DNA from: Blepharisma stoltei ATCC 30299
Taxonomy: Eukaryota > Protista > Ciliophora
Assembly (NCBI GenBank): GCA_965603825.1
Contig: CBFDEM010000056.1
Location: 124,001-188,000 of the forward strand
DNA length: 64,000 bases
Reading direction: 5' to 3'
Part shown: positions 49,672 to 60,390 of the stretch, piece after piece
Position numbering within the stretch: the stretch's first letter is position 1
Layout of the letters: each line of letters begins with the position of its first letter
The notes under the pieces: generated by a model
Seen by the model: only the letters and a program-made list of their open reading frames with translations
Told to the model about the DNA's origin: nothing
The model's database searches: none
Program-made: the position numbers and the translations under genes

Positions 49672-51279
49672 TTAATTAGCTAACTGTTTTAATTCATCAA
49701 TAAATTTGCAACTGCGAGAAGACAGCGGAGCGTTGCAGGCCAGACAGGTAGTTAAAGCTGAATTTATTTGGCAAACTGAGCATACACTATGCTGGCAGCA
49801 GCTTTTAGGGATCAATATTTCTCTATCACATTCTTCATTACAAGAAACGCATTTTCCTTTCAAAACTTTATTGATTTTATAGCTATTTTCAGTAGAAAGC
49901 GGCGTTTTGCACGTCAAGCAGCGTCCTTTTTGTAAATCTTGTTCCAAACAATTCTTGCAATGCATGTGATTATAGCAGCAAACAGACGTCAAACAATCGC
50001 CTACAAAATATCTTATTGTTTTGCAGCCATGGCAATATCCTTTTTCTTCGATAAAGTGACTGGTATGTTGGTCTTGATTTTTAATTTTTCCATTTCTTAT
50101 ATCAAAAGCATAACATTCTTTACATGAATCACTGTAGAAATCTTTGACTTCTTTTTTAATGCCACAAGTATGGCAAGCTCTCCATGCATCACTCTCTGTG
50201 CCAGCTATAAGTTCATCAATTTCTGGCTTTATTATAGTTATAATATCTTGCCTCGTATATATTTCTCCACATACTTGACAAGATGGTTTAAATCTTTCTA
50301 TTTCTAAGTCAGAGAGAAGGAATTTTCAGTTAGAGGCTTCCCCTATTCTATTTTTAGCACAAGATACACAAAATTGATGTGAGCATTCTAACTGGATTTC
50401 TACTACTTTTTGTCCACAGCTTTTACATAAAATTTGCTTAACAAATTTATCTAATGCTAATTTGATCCCTTGGAATGCTGGATCCTTCATTCGAAAACGA
50501 ATAATTTCATCATATATTTTTTGGTTATTTGGGTCACACTGGAAACTCAGATTTGCAAGTGGCTCTAAAATTTTTTCTAATTCTGATATGTCCTCTAACA
50601 GCTCAGGCGAATTCTCTTTAACAATAATTGGCTGCTGTACAATTTCAACCTTTTCTTTTTTCTTTTTCTCTAAATTTTTAGACTTGCTTTCTGATTCCTC
50701 TGAGGAAATTTCTCCTTCAACAGAAGGAGGGATCGATGAATTTTTGACTGACTCATCAGTTAAAAAAGAAAACTTATCCTCGTTTATCGACTCCTGCTGC
50801 TCTATTGAATGGTTTTCAGGTGCATAGGGATCATTTTCGCTTCTTGGATTTTCTTGGCTTTCTACAAAATTCATAGGAGGGTTTTGATTGTTTGTTTCTC
50901 GGTATATTTGAAAGGTGAAATTGTCTACTTTTTCGTTTTGGGTAGGAAGCTCCTGAGCACCTTCATATTGATTTTCATTAGGATTTTGGCTGCTTAGAGA
51001 ATCACTCCCGATCAACTCAGGGGTTTCTGAACCTTTTTGTTCTTCAATAAAAGAATATCTATGTGGAGATTCTTCGTTAAGCTGCTGAAAGCTTGAATGG
51101 CTCTTAGGAGAATCACTGGGGTCTAGGGTTCTGCGTTCAGGCTGTGATATTGGTGCCTCATCTGATTCTTTTAAAGCTTCGGTGATGCCAGGCAATACTG
51201 AGGTTGCTAGCATCGAAGTTACGTTTTGCGAGGTTTTACGATTATGAGGCTTCTTTTTCAGCGTCACTTGTTTGGACAT
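49672..51279 (-). CDS. Multi-RING/zinc-finger protein with acidic disordered N-terminus
   Basis: Joined through TGA=W at 50326. CKSC...LECSHQFCVSC...CQVC; CCYNHMHCKNC...CLTC; CVSC...CCQHSVCSVC...CLAC. Confidence 0.75.
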
Positions 51280-51630
51280 TTTGGTTTATTAAAGAATTAT
51301 AAATCTATAAATTGTCTGTTTGCTATAATAAGATTTTTATATAATTCACAAAAAATTATTTTTAGTTTACAGAATTTTTGAAAATAAGCTATAAAATTTT
51401 TTTATTTATATAAATATAGCTATTTTGCTTATTTTTCACTAAATTATCACTTAATTAATTAGAGTGTTTTCAACAATTATGGAAGTTTATTTCTAATATT
51501 ATCAGCATATAAAGATGGATTAAATCAATGAATATAAAATTCTAATCCCTAGGAGTGAAATCCTCTCTTTATGCATAATTTTCTATTACCAAACTTATGT
51601 TTTAAATAGGTTAATATATTTAATTTTCCA

Positions 51631-52005
51631 ATGGGTTGTGTATGTACAAAAAATAAGAATGCAATCGCCAGTCACCAAACTAAAAGTATTGAAGAGGAAT
51701 CCTCAAGACAGATCAGAGTCCCTACAACAAATGTTGAATACGCTGAAATTCCTTTGGTGACTGCTCCAAAAGCAGATCTAATCATAAATCATCAAAACAT
51801 TCCAGAACCTAATTTACTTTTCGTTGTTGAAGAACTAAATGCCAACCTTGAGGAATCCCCTGCACATGGTAATTTCCGTGGAATACAAAAGCTGGCATCA
51901 ACTGATTTCAATTATTCGAAGGATTATGCCCCGAAAACTGTGGAAACTGGAGACAGTGGCGACAGTCTTAATGGAGTTATGGAGGAAATCAAACTTATCA
52001 ATTAA
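51631..52005 (+). CDS. Small protein with N-terminal myristoylation/palmitoylation motif
   Basis: Begins MGCVCTKNK; 124-aa ORF. Confidence 0.65.
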   Translation: MGCVCTKNKNAIASHQTKSIEEESSRQIRVPTTNVEYAEIPLVTAPKADLIINHQNIPEPNLLFVVEELNANLEESPAHGNFRGIQKLASTDFNYSKDYAPKTVETGDSGDSLNGVMEEIKLIN

Positions 52006-52557
52006 TTGTAAGTAAAATATATTTGATTTTTATCCAATTTATTTTTAGAGACGTCTCTCGAAAATCTTTTAATATAAGATATTATAAGTCCATTTAAAAT
52101 TTATGGAATTTTCTTTCTTTTAATTCAAATTTTACTTAACTTAAATCAAATTAAAAGGTGTCTTCACTATTAAATGAGACAAAAAATTATTTATATAGTT
52201 ATTTAAATGAAAATTAAAATGTATTTATGAGTGAAGTAAAGAATCTCAATTATACAGAATAAAAATAAAAGAAAAATAGCAAATTATGAGGTTTTTGGAA
52301 ATTTTTGGAATATGTATCAGTATAGTATAAATATGTAGAAAAAATGAAAGTTTTATGCCTATTTAATTTATAAAATCATATGATTTTTCAACAGAATTTA
52401 ATTTTTACACAAAAGCACTTTGTAAAATTTTAATATTACCAATCTTTTTAAGAAGTAATAAATAAAGACTAGGAAGTCCTGGAATAAATTCTTAATGATT
52501 ACTCTATAGGAAAAAAAATTAAAAATAACTTTTTGGGAGCAATTAATTAATTATTGA

Positions 52558-53817
52558 TTAAATTTCTCCATGATTAAAATATCTTAAAAGCTCGACATCT
52601 TCTGGTGTAAATTGGTCAATTGACTCAATATTCTCTCTGAGTTTTATTTGAGGAAATGGATAAGGGTTTCTTTTTATCTGATTTTGAAGCTTTTCAATGC
52701 TACTTAAATCGCACTCCACAACCCCAATAAGGTAATTAAACTCTCCCCTTTTCAAACCACAAATCTGAGCAACCAGACAAGTAAAAAGGGAATAAAATGC
52801 AATGCCATATGGCATCCTCTCTATATTTTCTGAACTTTGATATACCAAACTTGATAGTTTTCCATCAGCCACATAAAACTGACAAGTTGTCTCACACGAG
52901 TTTCCAAATCTCAGCATAATTTTGTTTGAGCTTGGTTCATTTCTTATTAAATTGATTGTTTCAGTACATTGATGAATGCCTTGACCCTGGAAATATCTGA
53001 ATTGTATATCATTTCTTAACCCATCAGACCTTTCAGATTCTTCATCTTCTCCACGAATCCCTCTCACCAATTTTTCCACAATTTCTCCCCAATTAAGACT
53101 TCTCGTTGTCAATAGCGGAAAACTCATACTTAAATCAAATTTAATCATTTTCCCAAACAAAGTAGCTATTTCTTTCCCATCTTCATCCACTCTTAAATTT
53201 TTCGAAAAAGCTATTTCTTTAATTAAATCAAGATACTGGAACTCTTCATGAGGTGGATACTCAATACAATGAGGCTGCCTTGGTAAATTGTTATTAGAAA
53301 ATATCGTAAAATCATAGGTATAGTCCAAATGAGACTTGGTCTTGGAAATTAAAGTCGGAGAAAACCCTTCAACAAGAGGGTCTTGAAATAGCGTTTTTGC
53401 ATTGAATGGGAAAAAAGTGTCACATTTTATAGTATTGGAGATTCGGGTTAAATAAATCTGTGTGCAGTATTGGACTAAAGGAGGAGAAAGACACTCACGG
53501 TAAATTTCACATCCGCCTCCTATAAAGCAGAGACCTGTTGAAATTGATATAGCCTCACGGAGATTGGTGCATATATCGGCACCTTCAGCTGACTGAAGAG
53601 ATCTGGAGACTACTATGTTTCGAATGTTTGGAAACGGCTTAGGAGAGTCTTCCCAGGAGGTTCTGCCCATAACGAATGTATTTCTTTCAGGGCCTGCTAC
53701 TATTACTTTTAGCAGGTGCTCCCAGTCTTCTGGAATTTTCCATGGGAGCACTCGTTGATAGCCTATACCTAAATTTTCGCTAACTGCCATAATGAGGATG
53801 AAATTCCTGGGCTCCAT
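52558..53817 (-). CDS. Bifunctional DHFR-thymidylate synthase paralogue with degenerate TS domain
   Basis: DHFR: GIGYQRVLPWKIPED, VMGRTSWE, RNIVVSR, FIGGGCEIY, CDTFFP. TS scaffold: HEEFQYLDLIKEI, FPLLTTR, CQFYV, RNPYPFP. TS catalytic motifs are lost. Confidence 0.88.
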   Translation of the reverse strand: MEPRNFILIMAVSENLGIGYQRVLPWKIPEDWEHLLKVIVAGPERNTFVMGRTSWEDSPKPFPNIRNIVVSRSLQSAEGADICTNLREAISISTGLCFIGGGCEIYRECLSPPLVQYCTQIYLTRISNTIKCDTFFPFNAKTLFQDPLVEGFSPTLISKTKSHLDYTYDFTIFSNNNLPRQPHCIEYPPHEEFQYLDLIKEIAFSKNLRVDEDGKEIATLFGKMIKFDLSMSFPLLTTRSLNWGEIVEKLVRGIRGEDEESERSDGLRNDIQFRYFQGQGIHQCTETINLIRNEPSSNKIMLRFGNSCETTCQFYVADGKLSSLVYQSSENIERMPYGIAFYSLFTCLVAQICGLKRGEFNYLIGVVECDLSSIEKLQNQIKRNPYPFPQIKLRENIESIDQFTPEDVELLRYFNHGEI

Positions 53818-54085
53818 ATCAATATTTTTTTGTTAAAACCCCATTTTAGTTGCCAATATTTGACCAAATATCAAATAAAAAAACGATGCAACTGGTTATG
53901 TTAAGATAAAATTTTCTTTAATAAAGATTTGTTTAAAAAATAGATTTGTTTAGAGAAAAAGAAGCACCAGACTTGATTTTATTTTTTTATATTAAATTCA
54001 TAATTTTAAAAGTATTTTTTCTTAAAAGAGTACTTAATAAAGTAGCTATAAAATCTAGATTCGATATATTTATAAAATTATCAAC

Positions 54086-55996
54086 ATGGAAGGAGGACTT
54101 TTTGCAGGAATTCGCAAGTTATTGTCAGGTTTTGCATGTTACCAAGCTCGTCCATCTATAGACGTGGACAATTTTACGTCTACTATTCGTTTTGATACTC
54201 AAGATAAAACCACAGAAGACGAAAGCTCTTCATCTAGATTTAATTATCTTAATAAGTCTCCAAAACCTGTACATTATGATGAAGATGAAACTTCTGAAGA
54301 TTTATCCCCAAAACTCACAAGAAAAAGGTCTTTAAGCACTACAGAAAAAAACCAGCCTGATTTTTTCAATGATAATAATATTTGCCAATTTCAAACAGAG
54401 CCAAAAAAAATTCTAAAGCATTTTTACAATAATAAAAGAAAAGCAAATATAATGCTATGAAATGCAATAGAAAATAATGAACTTGAGCTTTGTGCAGAAT
54501 TATTAGACGAAAAAGTATATGGAGATCAAAAGGCGCAGCTTTCATTTAAAGGCAAAGACAATAAAACACCTTTACATAGAGCTGTAGAGGTCGGAAATAT
54601 TAAAATTCTTGATTTATTACTAGAAAAAGCAGAAATTTATGATTTAAATGCTCAAGATAACTTCTTGCAAACGCCTTTACATTTAGCATGTAAAATTGCA
54701 AATAAAAATATTGCAAAAATTCTTATTAACGTCGGTGCAAGAACTGATATAGAAGACATTAACGGGAAAACTCCATTCGAAATTGCTAAAGAAAATGCGG
54801 AAAAATCATTTTTAGCAACTTTTTATAAGCAAACAGAAAGGGTTTTTCCAGATTCTCCAATACCTTCACAAGAAGATGAAACTATAGAAATACAAACTTT
54901 TGAAGAATCTGAGATTGAACAAATGATGCAAAGACTGTCAAGCCCTTTTATCCCTAATGATTTAGGAAAAGAAAAAGCTTCAAAGGTTCCAGTTTTTGAT
55001 GAAGAAGAAAAAATTGAAAAGAAAAAAGTGACTGCAAGTGATTTTGAAGCAATTTCTCAGTTAGGAAAAGGAAGCTTTGGAGAAGTGTTTTTGGTAAGGA
55101 AGATATGCACAGATGAGCTTTTTGCAATGAAAATTTTGAGGAAAAATAAAGTTATTGGACAGAATTTGGTGAAGTATGCTTTTACTGAAAGAAATGTGAT
55201 GAGCTATTTCAATCACCCTTTTATAGTAGGATTGAAATACGCATTTCAAACATCTGACAAATTATTTTTAATTTTAGATTACTGCCCAGGAGGCGACTTG
55301 ACATCCTATATCCAGCAAAATAAGAAATTTGATGAAAAACGAGCAAGAATTTATTTATGTGAAATACTATTAGCATTAGAAGAACTTCATAAAAGAGACA
55401 TTATTTATAGAGATCTTAAGCCAGACAATGTAGTTTTAGATGCTCAAGGGCACACTTTACTCACTGATTTCGGCTTATCCAAAGAAGGAGTATACGATAA
55501 TGATTCCGCTAAATCATTCTGTGGCTCTGTTGCATATTTAGCTCCAGAAATGCTAAAAAGAAAAGGTCATGGAAAAGCAGTCGACTGGTACTTACTTGGA
55601 GTTTTGCTTTATGAAATGCTGACAGGTGCTCCACCTTATTATGCAAGTAATAGGGAACAATTATTTTATAATATTCAGAACGCAAAATTAAAACTTCCTG
55701 CATATTTAAGCCCAGAAGCTAAAAGTTTATTGACAGGGTTACTTGAAAGAGATCCCAGCAGAAGGTTAGGAAGCCATTATGATGCAGAAGATATCAAAAG
55801 ACATGAATTTTTCTCAGGAATTAATTGGGCAAAAGTTATCAGAAGGGAGTTAAAGCCACCAAAACCTAACAAAAAAATGATCCCACTGCAGAATATTCCT
55901 CAATATAAAGTTAGAGGAAGACAAAGTTCGCCAGAAGGGGATAGTCATCGACTAGAAGGTTGGACTTTTATTGGTGACAATGTAAATATGCCATAA
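54086..55996 (+). CDS. Ankyrin-repeat AGC (RSK/S6K/PKB-like) Ser/Thr kinase
   Basis: Joined through TGA=W at 54458. Ankyrin repeats TPLHRA, TPLHLAC, TPFEIA; kinase motifs GKGSFG, YRDLKPDN, DFGLSK, SFCGSVAYLAPE; C-terminal GWTF. Confidence 0.92.
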
Positions 55997-56202
55997 TTAA
56001 TTTAATAGAAAATCAGCATTGTATGTCAGTGCTAATTTTTATTTTTGTGGATTATGAATCCATATAAAAAACCCTTGTTTTTAGCTAAATTTAAGTAAAT
56101 CGTAAAAGAATTGAAATTCCCTTGAAACTTGCATTTTTGCGTTGTTTCCATTTTAAATTCCATTAAATCTTCACCAGATCTCGTTTTAATTCATTAAATT
56201 TA

Positions 56203-57321
56203 ATGGACGCTCCACTTGTCGTTGACCTTGGTGGTTTTCTGGATCACATGGCTAATCATCCTAACGAGCCTCTTCCACAGTCCATAAGAGATGAGTGCCA
56301 AAAAGTCGCTGAAAATTTTCACAGCAATGGAATTTTAATTGCCCGTGACCCTAGGGTTAATGAACAAGCCAACTGGGACTTTATCGACATGATGGAGCAA
56401 TATTATCTCAGAGCCAGCAATCAGCTTTACAATGGCGAAAAAGTTGCAGAAGTCCACCCAGAACTTCATTTCCAAATCGGCGCTACCCCAGAAAATGTTG
56501 AAAAGGCTCGAAATCACTGTGAGAGGATCAATAACTTGCCAGAAGACTCAAAAGCTGTTTCTGAGTGCCCACCTCAGTATGACGCCAAGTGGCGATATTT
56601 CTGGAGAATTGGGAGTTTTGGGACTCCCAGCTCAGAAGTGGATCCTGAAAACGTTGTGCCTCCAGAATTTCCTGAATGGGCAAGCACAATGAATAATTGG
56701 GGAGATCTTATGCTGAGAACTGTAGAAACAGTCGTAAGAATGTTTGAAGTCGCGTCTGGAGTGGAGCCTGAAAAAATCGTTGATATGATGAGAGGAGCTC
56801 CACACTTGTTAGCTCCAACTGGAGCTGATTTGAGAAAGTGGGGCAAAGGAACTGTGTTTGCTGGGTATCATTATGACTTAAATTTCATTACTATTCATGG
56901 AAAATCAAGATTTCCAGGACTTTCAGCGTGGATGAGAAATAACAAAAAAATTGATGTTGCAGTTCCAAGTGGCTGTTTACTTTTACAAGCAGGAAAACTC
57001 TTTGAATATATCACTGGAGGCTATGTCTTAGCAGGTTATCATGAAGTTGTATTTAATGATAGAACAGAAGCAGCTGTTAATACGGCAAGAGAGAATGGAA
57101 AAATTCTGTGGAGAGTCAGCAGCACTTTGTTTGGGCACTTTAGGCATGATGTGGTACTGCAACCTATGGAAGAATTTGCTGATAGATTCATTCTGCCAAG
57201 AGAAGAAACAATGGCAAAATATCCACCACTCACAGCTGCAGATAGCTTGAAAGAAGAACTTAGACTGATTAATCTTTGGAAAAATGAAAATCCAGAAGCA
57301 CCTGCTAATAGAGGGTATTAA
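56203..57321 (+). CDS. 2-oxoglutarate/Fe(II)-dependent oxygenase (IPNS-like fold)
   Basis: HxD (GYHYDLNF), distal His (GYHEVV), RxS (WRVSS), PHLLAPTG. Confidence 0.85.
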   Translation: MDAPLVVDLGGFLDHMANHPNEPLPQSIRDECQKVAENFHSNGILIARDPRVNEQANWDFIDMMEQYYLRASNQLYNGEKVAEVHPELHFQIGATPENVEKARNHCERINNLPEDSKAVSECPPQYDAKWRYFWRIGSFGTPSSEVDPENVVPPEFPEWASTMNNWGDLMLRTVETVVRMFEVASGVEPEKIVDMMRGAPHLLAPTGADLRKWGKGTVFAGYHYDLNFITIHGKSRFPGLSAWMRNNKKIDVAVPSGCLLLQAGKLFEYITGGYVLAGYHEVVFNDRTEAAVNTARENGKILWRVSSTLFGHFRHDVVLQPMEEFADRFILPREETMAKYPPLTAADSLKEELRLINLWKNENPEAPANRGY

Positions 57322-57624
57322 TTTACAATATTTTAGATTAAAAATGCCTAGACTTATAATATTAAATTAGCCTCAAAAGTCAAGTTTTCAGATGATTCAA
57401 ATATAACTAATCTTTCATAGAAAATTTAAATAATTTAAGCTTAACTGGAGCTATTTCAAGCATTTTGATTATTAAATCTGCTTCATTCATATAGTTAATT
57501 CTAACATTTTCTAAAATGGCTATTAGGGGGTTACACTTTCATCGATTTTTTCCTTTTAAACGTCCCAAAAAAGATTATTAAATATTCTAAATATTTTTAT
57601 CTTGATATACATCTATAAGTTATA

Positions 57625-58239
57625 TTATTTCATCGATCCAAAGCCCTGAATCATAAAGTATCTGACAAACATCAAGAAGCTTTCAACTACGCATATCTCT
57701 AATATAACTTCTATTGCCAAGCATATAGCCCAATACATATATCCGTAATCTATCATATAAATCCCTGTAATTGATCCAATAAGAATCAATACTCCAAGAC
57801 CAGTAAAAACCAAAAACTTCCCAGACTTTTCTTTTTTGTTAATACTCAATAAAATCAGCATAAAGGCTTCAATAGGCATCGCTATTGTGGCCGCCAAAAT
57901 GGCATACCCAAAAAACTTACTAGAAAATTCTGAAAAAATGGCTTCTGTGTAGGCTTCAGGATCAAATTTTTCGTAGGAGAAAAATAAAAGTCCTTGAAGC
58001 CCGAGCTCAAAGAATAGAATTGTAATTAATGTAAATAATCTTGATAGCCGGCTTATCTCTGATTTCTGTAAGAAAAGGCCTAATAATAAATGGCCTTCAA
58101 TTAGCTCTTCAAGCTCCAGCTTATCTTCAGGGAATGAGCGGCTTTCAGAATCTAATAAATCCTCTGAAATATACAATTTTCCAATCAATTTTCTTGAGCT
58201 GGATGTTACTGCCCCACCACTTTCAATATCAGAATACAT
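57625..58239 (-). CDS. Small multi-TM protein resembling the polycystin-1/REJ-type membrane segment
   Basis: GHLLLGLF...SRLSRLFTLITILF..L followed by 3-4 further hydrophobic helices; no large ectodomain. Confidence 0.55.
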   Translation of the reverse strand: MYSDIESGGAVTSSSRKLIGKLYISEDLLDSESRSFPEDKLELEELIEGHLLLGLFLQKSEISRLSRLFTLITILFFELGLQGLLFFSYEKFDPEAYTEAIFSEFSSKFFGYAILAATIAMPIEAFMLILLSINKKEKSGKFLVFTGLGVLILIGSITGIYMIDYGYMYWAICLAIEVILEICVVESFLMFVRYFMIQGFGSMK

Positions 58240-59123
58240 TTTTATTTGCTTTCAAATTATTCAAGTAAAAATGGTTGCAAATTTCTCCATTGAAGAAACA
58301 TCAGAAATTAAAATAAAATCACTTTAAAATTGTATATAAGGCTAGAAGGATAATAGTTAAAGAATTTAGATACTTAAGAAAAAAATTTCTAGGATAAATT
58401 ATAATAATTGTTTTCTGTGATAAATCAAAGATTTTGGAAGAATATTTAGCTCGTAGTTTAAGAATTTGGGGAAAGCTAAATTAGAAAGGCTTAAACATTC
58501 AAAAGGGTTTTAAAGAAAACTAGTACAATTTGGTTATGATTTAGAAATGCAAATAAATGTGAAAATTAATTTTAATGAAAAATGCGAAATAGATAATTAT
58601 ATTTCATAAATTGAAATATTATTCGAATGACAAAAGCTATTTTATTAAATAAAAATTTATTAAATATTGTATTACTTTCATGTAATTAGGCCTATAAATC
58701 AAATCATAAATTACATTATTTTTTCAATAGCCTAAATGCTCTAATAATTGTAATTAAATTGTGTGTGCTCAATGATAATTTTATATTGAAATTACGGAGA
58801 ATTATAGTAACATTTTTGTAGGGATAAAATGATTAAATTCAATTTTTATATCATAAGTCGTCAATTTTATTTAAATTATATTATTTACTATGACTTATAA
58901 AAGTTTGCATGCTAAGCCAACTTATTCGATTACAAAAGTAATTACTAAAATAAACTTAATATGAATCTTAGAATCTAAATTTTCTAACATAAATGGATTA
59001 AAAATAGATGAGCGCCTTTCATTTTTGCATAATTATGAAGTAATATCTTTTGAAATAATATTTCCTAATTTTATGTGGCTTATTTGCTCTTCGCAATGAA
59101 TATTTTTGCTTTAATTCTCATAT

Positions 59124-59184
59124 CTGGGGAAATAATTATATATATCTATCCATATTTATATCATGAACTGGGGAAATAATTATA
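59124..59184 (+). promoter_or_regulatory. Duplicated 17-nt motif CTGGGGAAATAATTATA upstream of cathepsin 1
   Basis: Exact copies at 59124-59140 and 59168-59184; a third copy lies upstream of cathepsin 2. Confidence 0.55.
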
Positions 59185-59189
59185 TTAAA

Positions 59190-60239
59190 ATGGACTATAA
59201 CTTGACTGTAGAAAGCAAGCCAAGGAAGACTTACATCGCTATTTTTGCTGCTTTGGCAATAATCGGTGTTGTTGCAACTGTTTCTTTCTATCCAAGAACT
59301 CCAAACACTGCAGCTTTAACCCAACTTCAGATTGATGAACAAGAGTTCATTGATTATATTTCAAAATACAGCAAGCAATACTCAGAAGAAGAATACGCCC
59401 GCAGATTCAAAATTTTCAGAGACAACTCAGCCTATATCCGCGTTTTCAACACCCAAGGCAAAACTTGGTTCCTAGGAGTTAACGAATTCGCTGATATGAC
59501 TTTTGCAGAGTTCAAATCAATTTATACCCCTCACCAATATGTCCAGACTGACGAATCTGAAAATGTTCACATTTTCGAAAATCAAGCAGTCCCAACACAA
59601 GTTGATTGGACTCTCAAAGGAGCTGTAACTCCAGTTAAAAACCAAGGACAATGTGGATCTTGCTGGTCATTCGCTACAACTGGCCCTTGTGAGAGCGCTT
59701 GGTTTCTTGCAGGACATACCTTGACATCTTTTTCAGAACAGCAGCTTGTAGACTGTTCATCAAGTTATGGAAATGATGGATGTGGCGGTGGCACCATGAT
59801 TGGTGCTATGAAATACGTTATTGCTAACGATGGAATTACTACTGAAGCAAATTATAATTACACAGGAGTAACTGGAACCTGCAATAAAGCTAAAGCAAAA
59901 ACCATTGCTGCCTCATTTTCTGGATACAAAGTTGTAGCTGCTGATAACATTGACCAAATGTACATTGCTGTAGCCCAACAGCCTGTAAGAGTTGAAGTTG
60001 AAGCTGACCAAGCTGCTTGGCAAATGTATAAAGGAGGAATCGTTAGCAGTGACTGTGGAACTGCTCATGACCACGAAGTCACAGTTGTAGGATACAACCA
60101 AATTAATAGCCCACCTTATTGGAAATGCAAGAACTCTTGGGGACCTGCTTGGGGTGAAGCTGGATACATCAGAATTGCTGTTGTAGCTGGAAAAGGAATT
60201 TGTGGAATTCAAATGCAGCCAGTTTATCCAATCGTCTAA
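59190..60239 (+). CDS. Cathepsin L-like papain (C1A) cysteine protease, paralogue 1
   Basis: I29 prodomain (EEYARRFKIFRDN...FN, NEFAD); QGQCGSCWSF; HDHEV; KNSWG. The likely start is aaaATG at 59190. Confidence 0.95.
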   Translation: MDYNLTVESKPRKTYIAIFAALAIIGVVATVSFYPRTPNTAALTQLQIDEQEFIDYISKYSKQYSEEEYARRFKIFRDNSAYIRVFNTQGKTWFLGVNEFADMTFAEFKSIYTPHQYVQTDESENVHIFENQAVPTQVDWTLKGAVTPVKNQGQCGSCWSFATTGPCESAWFLAGHTLTSFSEQQLVDCSSSYGNDGCGGGTMIGAMKYVIANDGITTEANYNYTGVTGTCNKAKAKTIAASFSGYKVVAADNIDQMYIAVAQQPVRVEVEADQAAWQMYKGGIVSSDCGTAHDHEVTVVGYNQINSPPYWKCKNSWGPAWGEAGYIRIAVVAGKGICGIQMQPVYPIV

Positions 60240-60368
60240 ATAATTTAAACTCATTAGTTTTCATAAATATACCTTTGCTATTTATCTCTATGATATCTTG
60301 AGCAATCTTTCAAGCCATTTACATAATAAATCGCAATATTTATTATCATATCCATATTATTTTCATTA

Positions 60369-60385
60369 CTGGGGAAATAATTATA
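60369..60385 (+). promoter_or_regulatory. CTGGGGAAATAATTATA motif upstream of cathepsin 2
   Basis: Identical 17-mer ending 5 nt before the ATG, the same spacing as in paralogue 1. Confidence 0.55.
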
Positions 60386-60390
60386 ATAAA

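Noticed and set aside
47183-53817. Folate gene cluster (ADC-lyase-like gene plus DHFR-TS)
   Set aside because: The two genes are separated by three unrelated genes and share no visible regulation; adjacency is probably chance.
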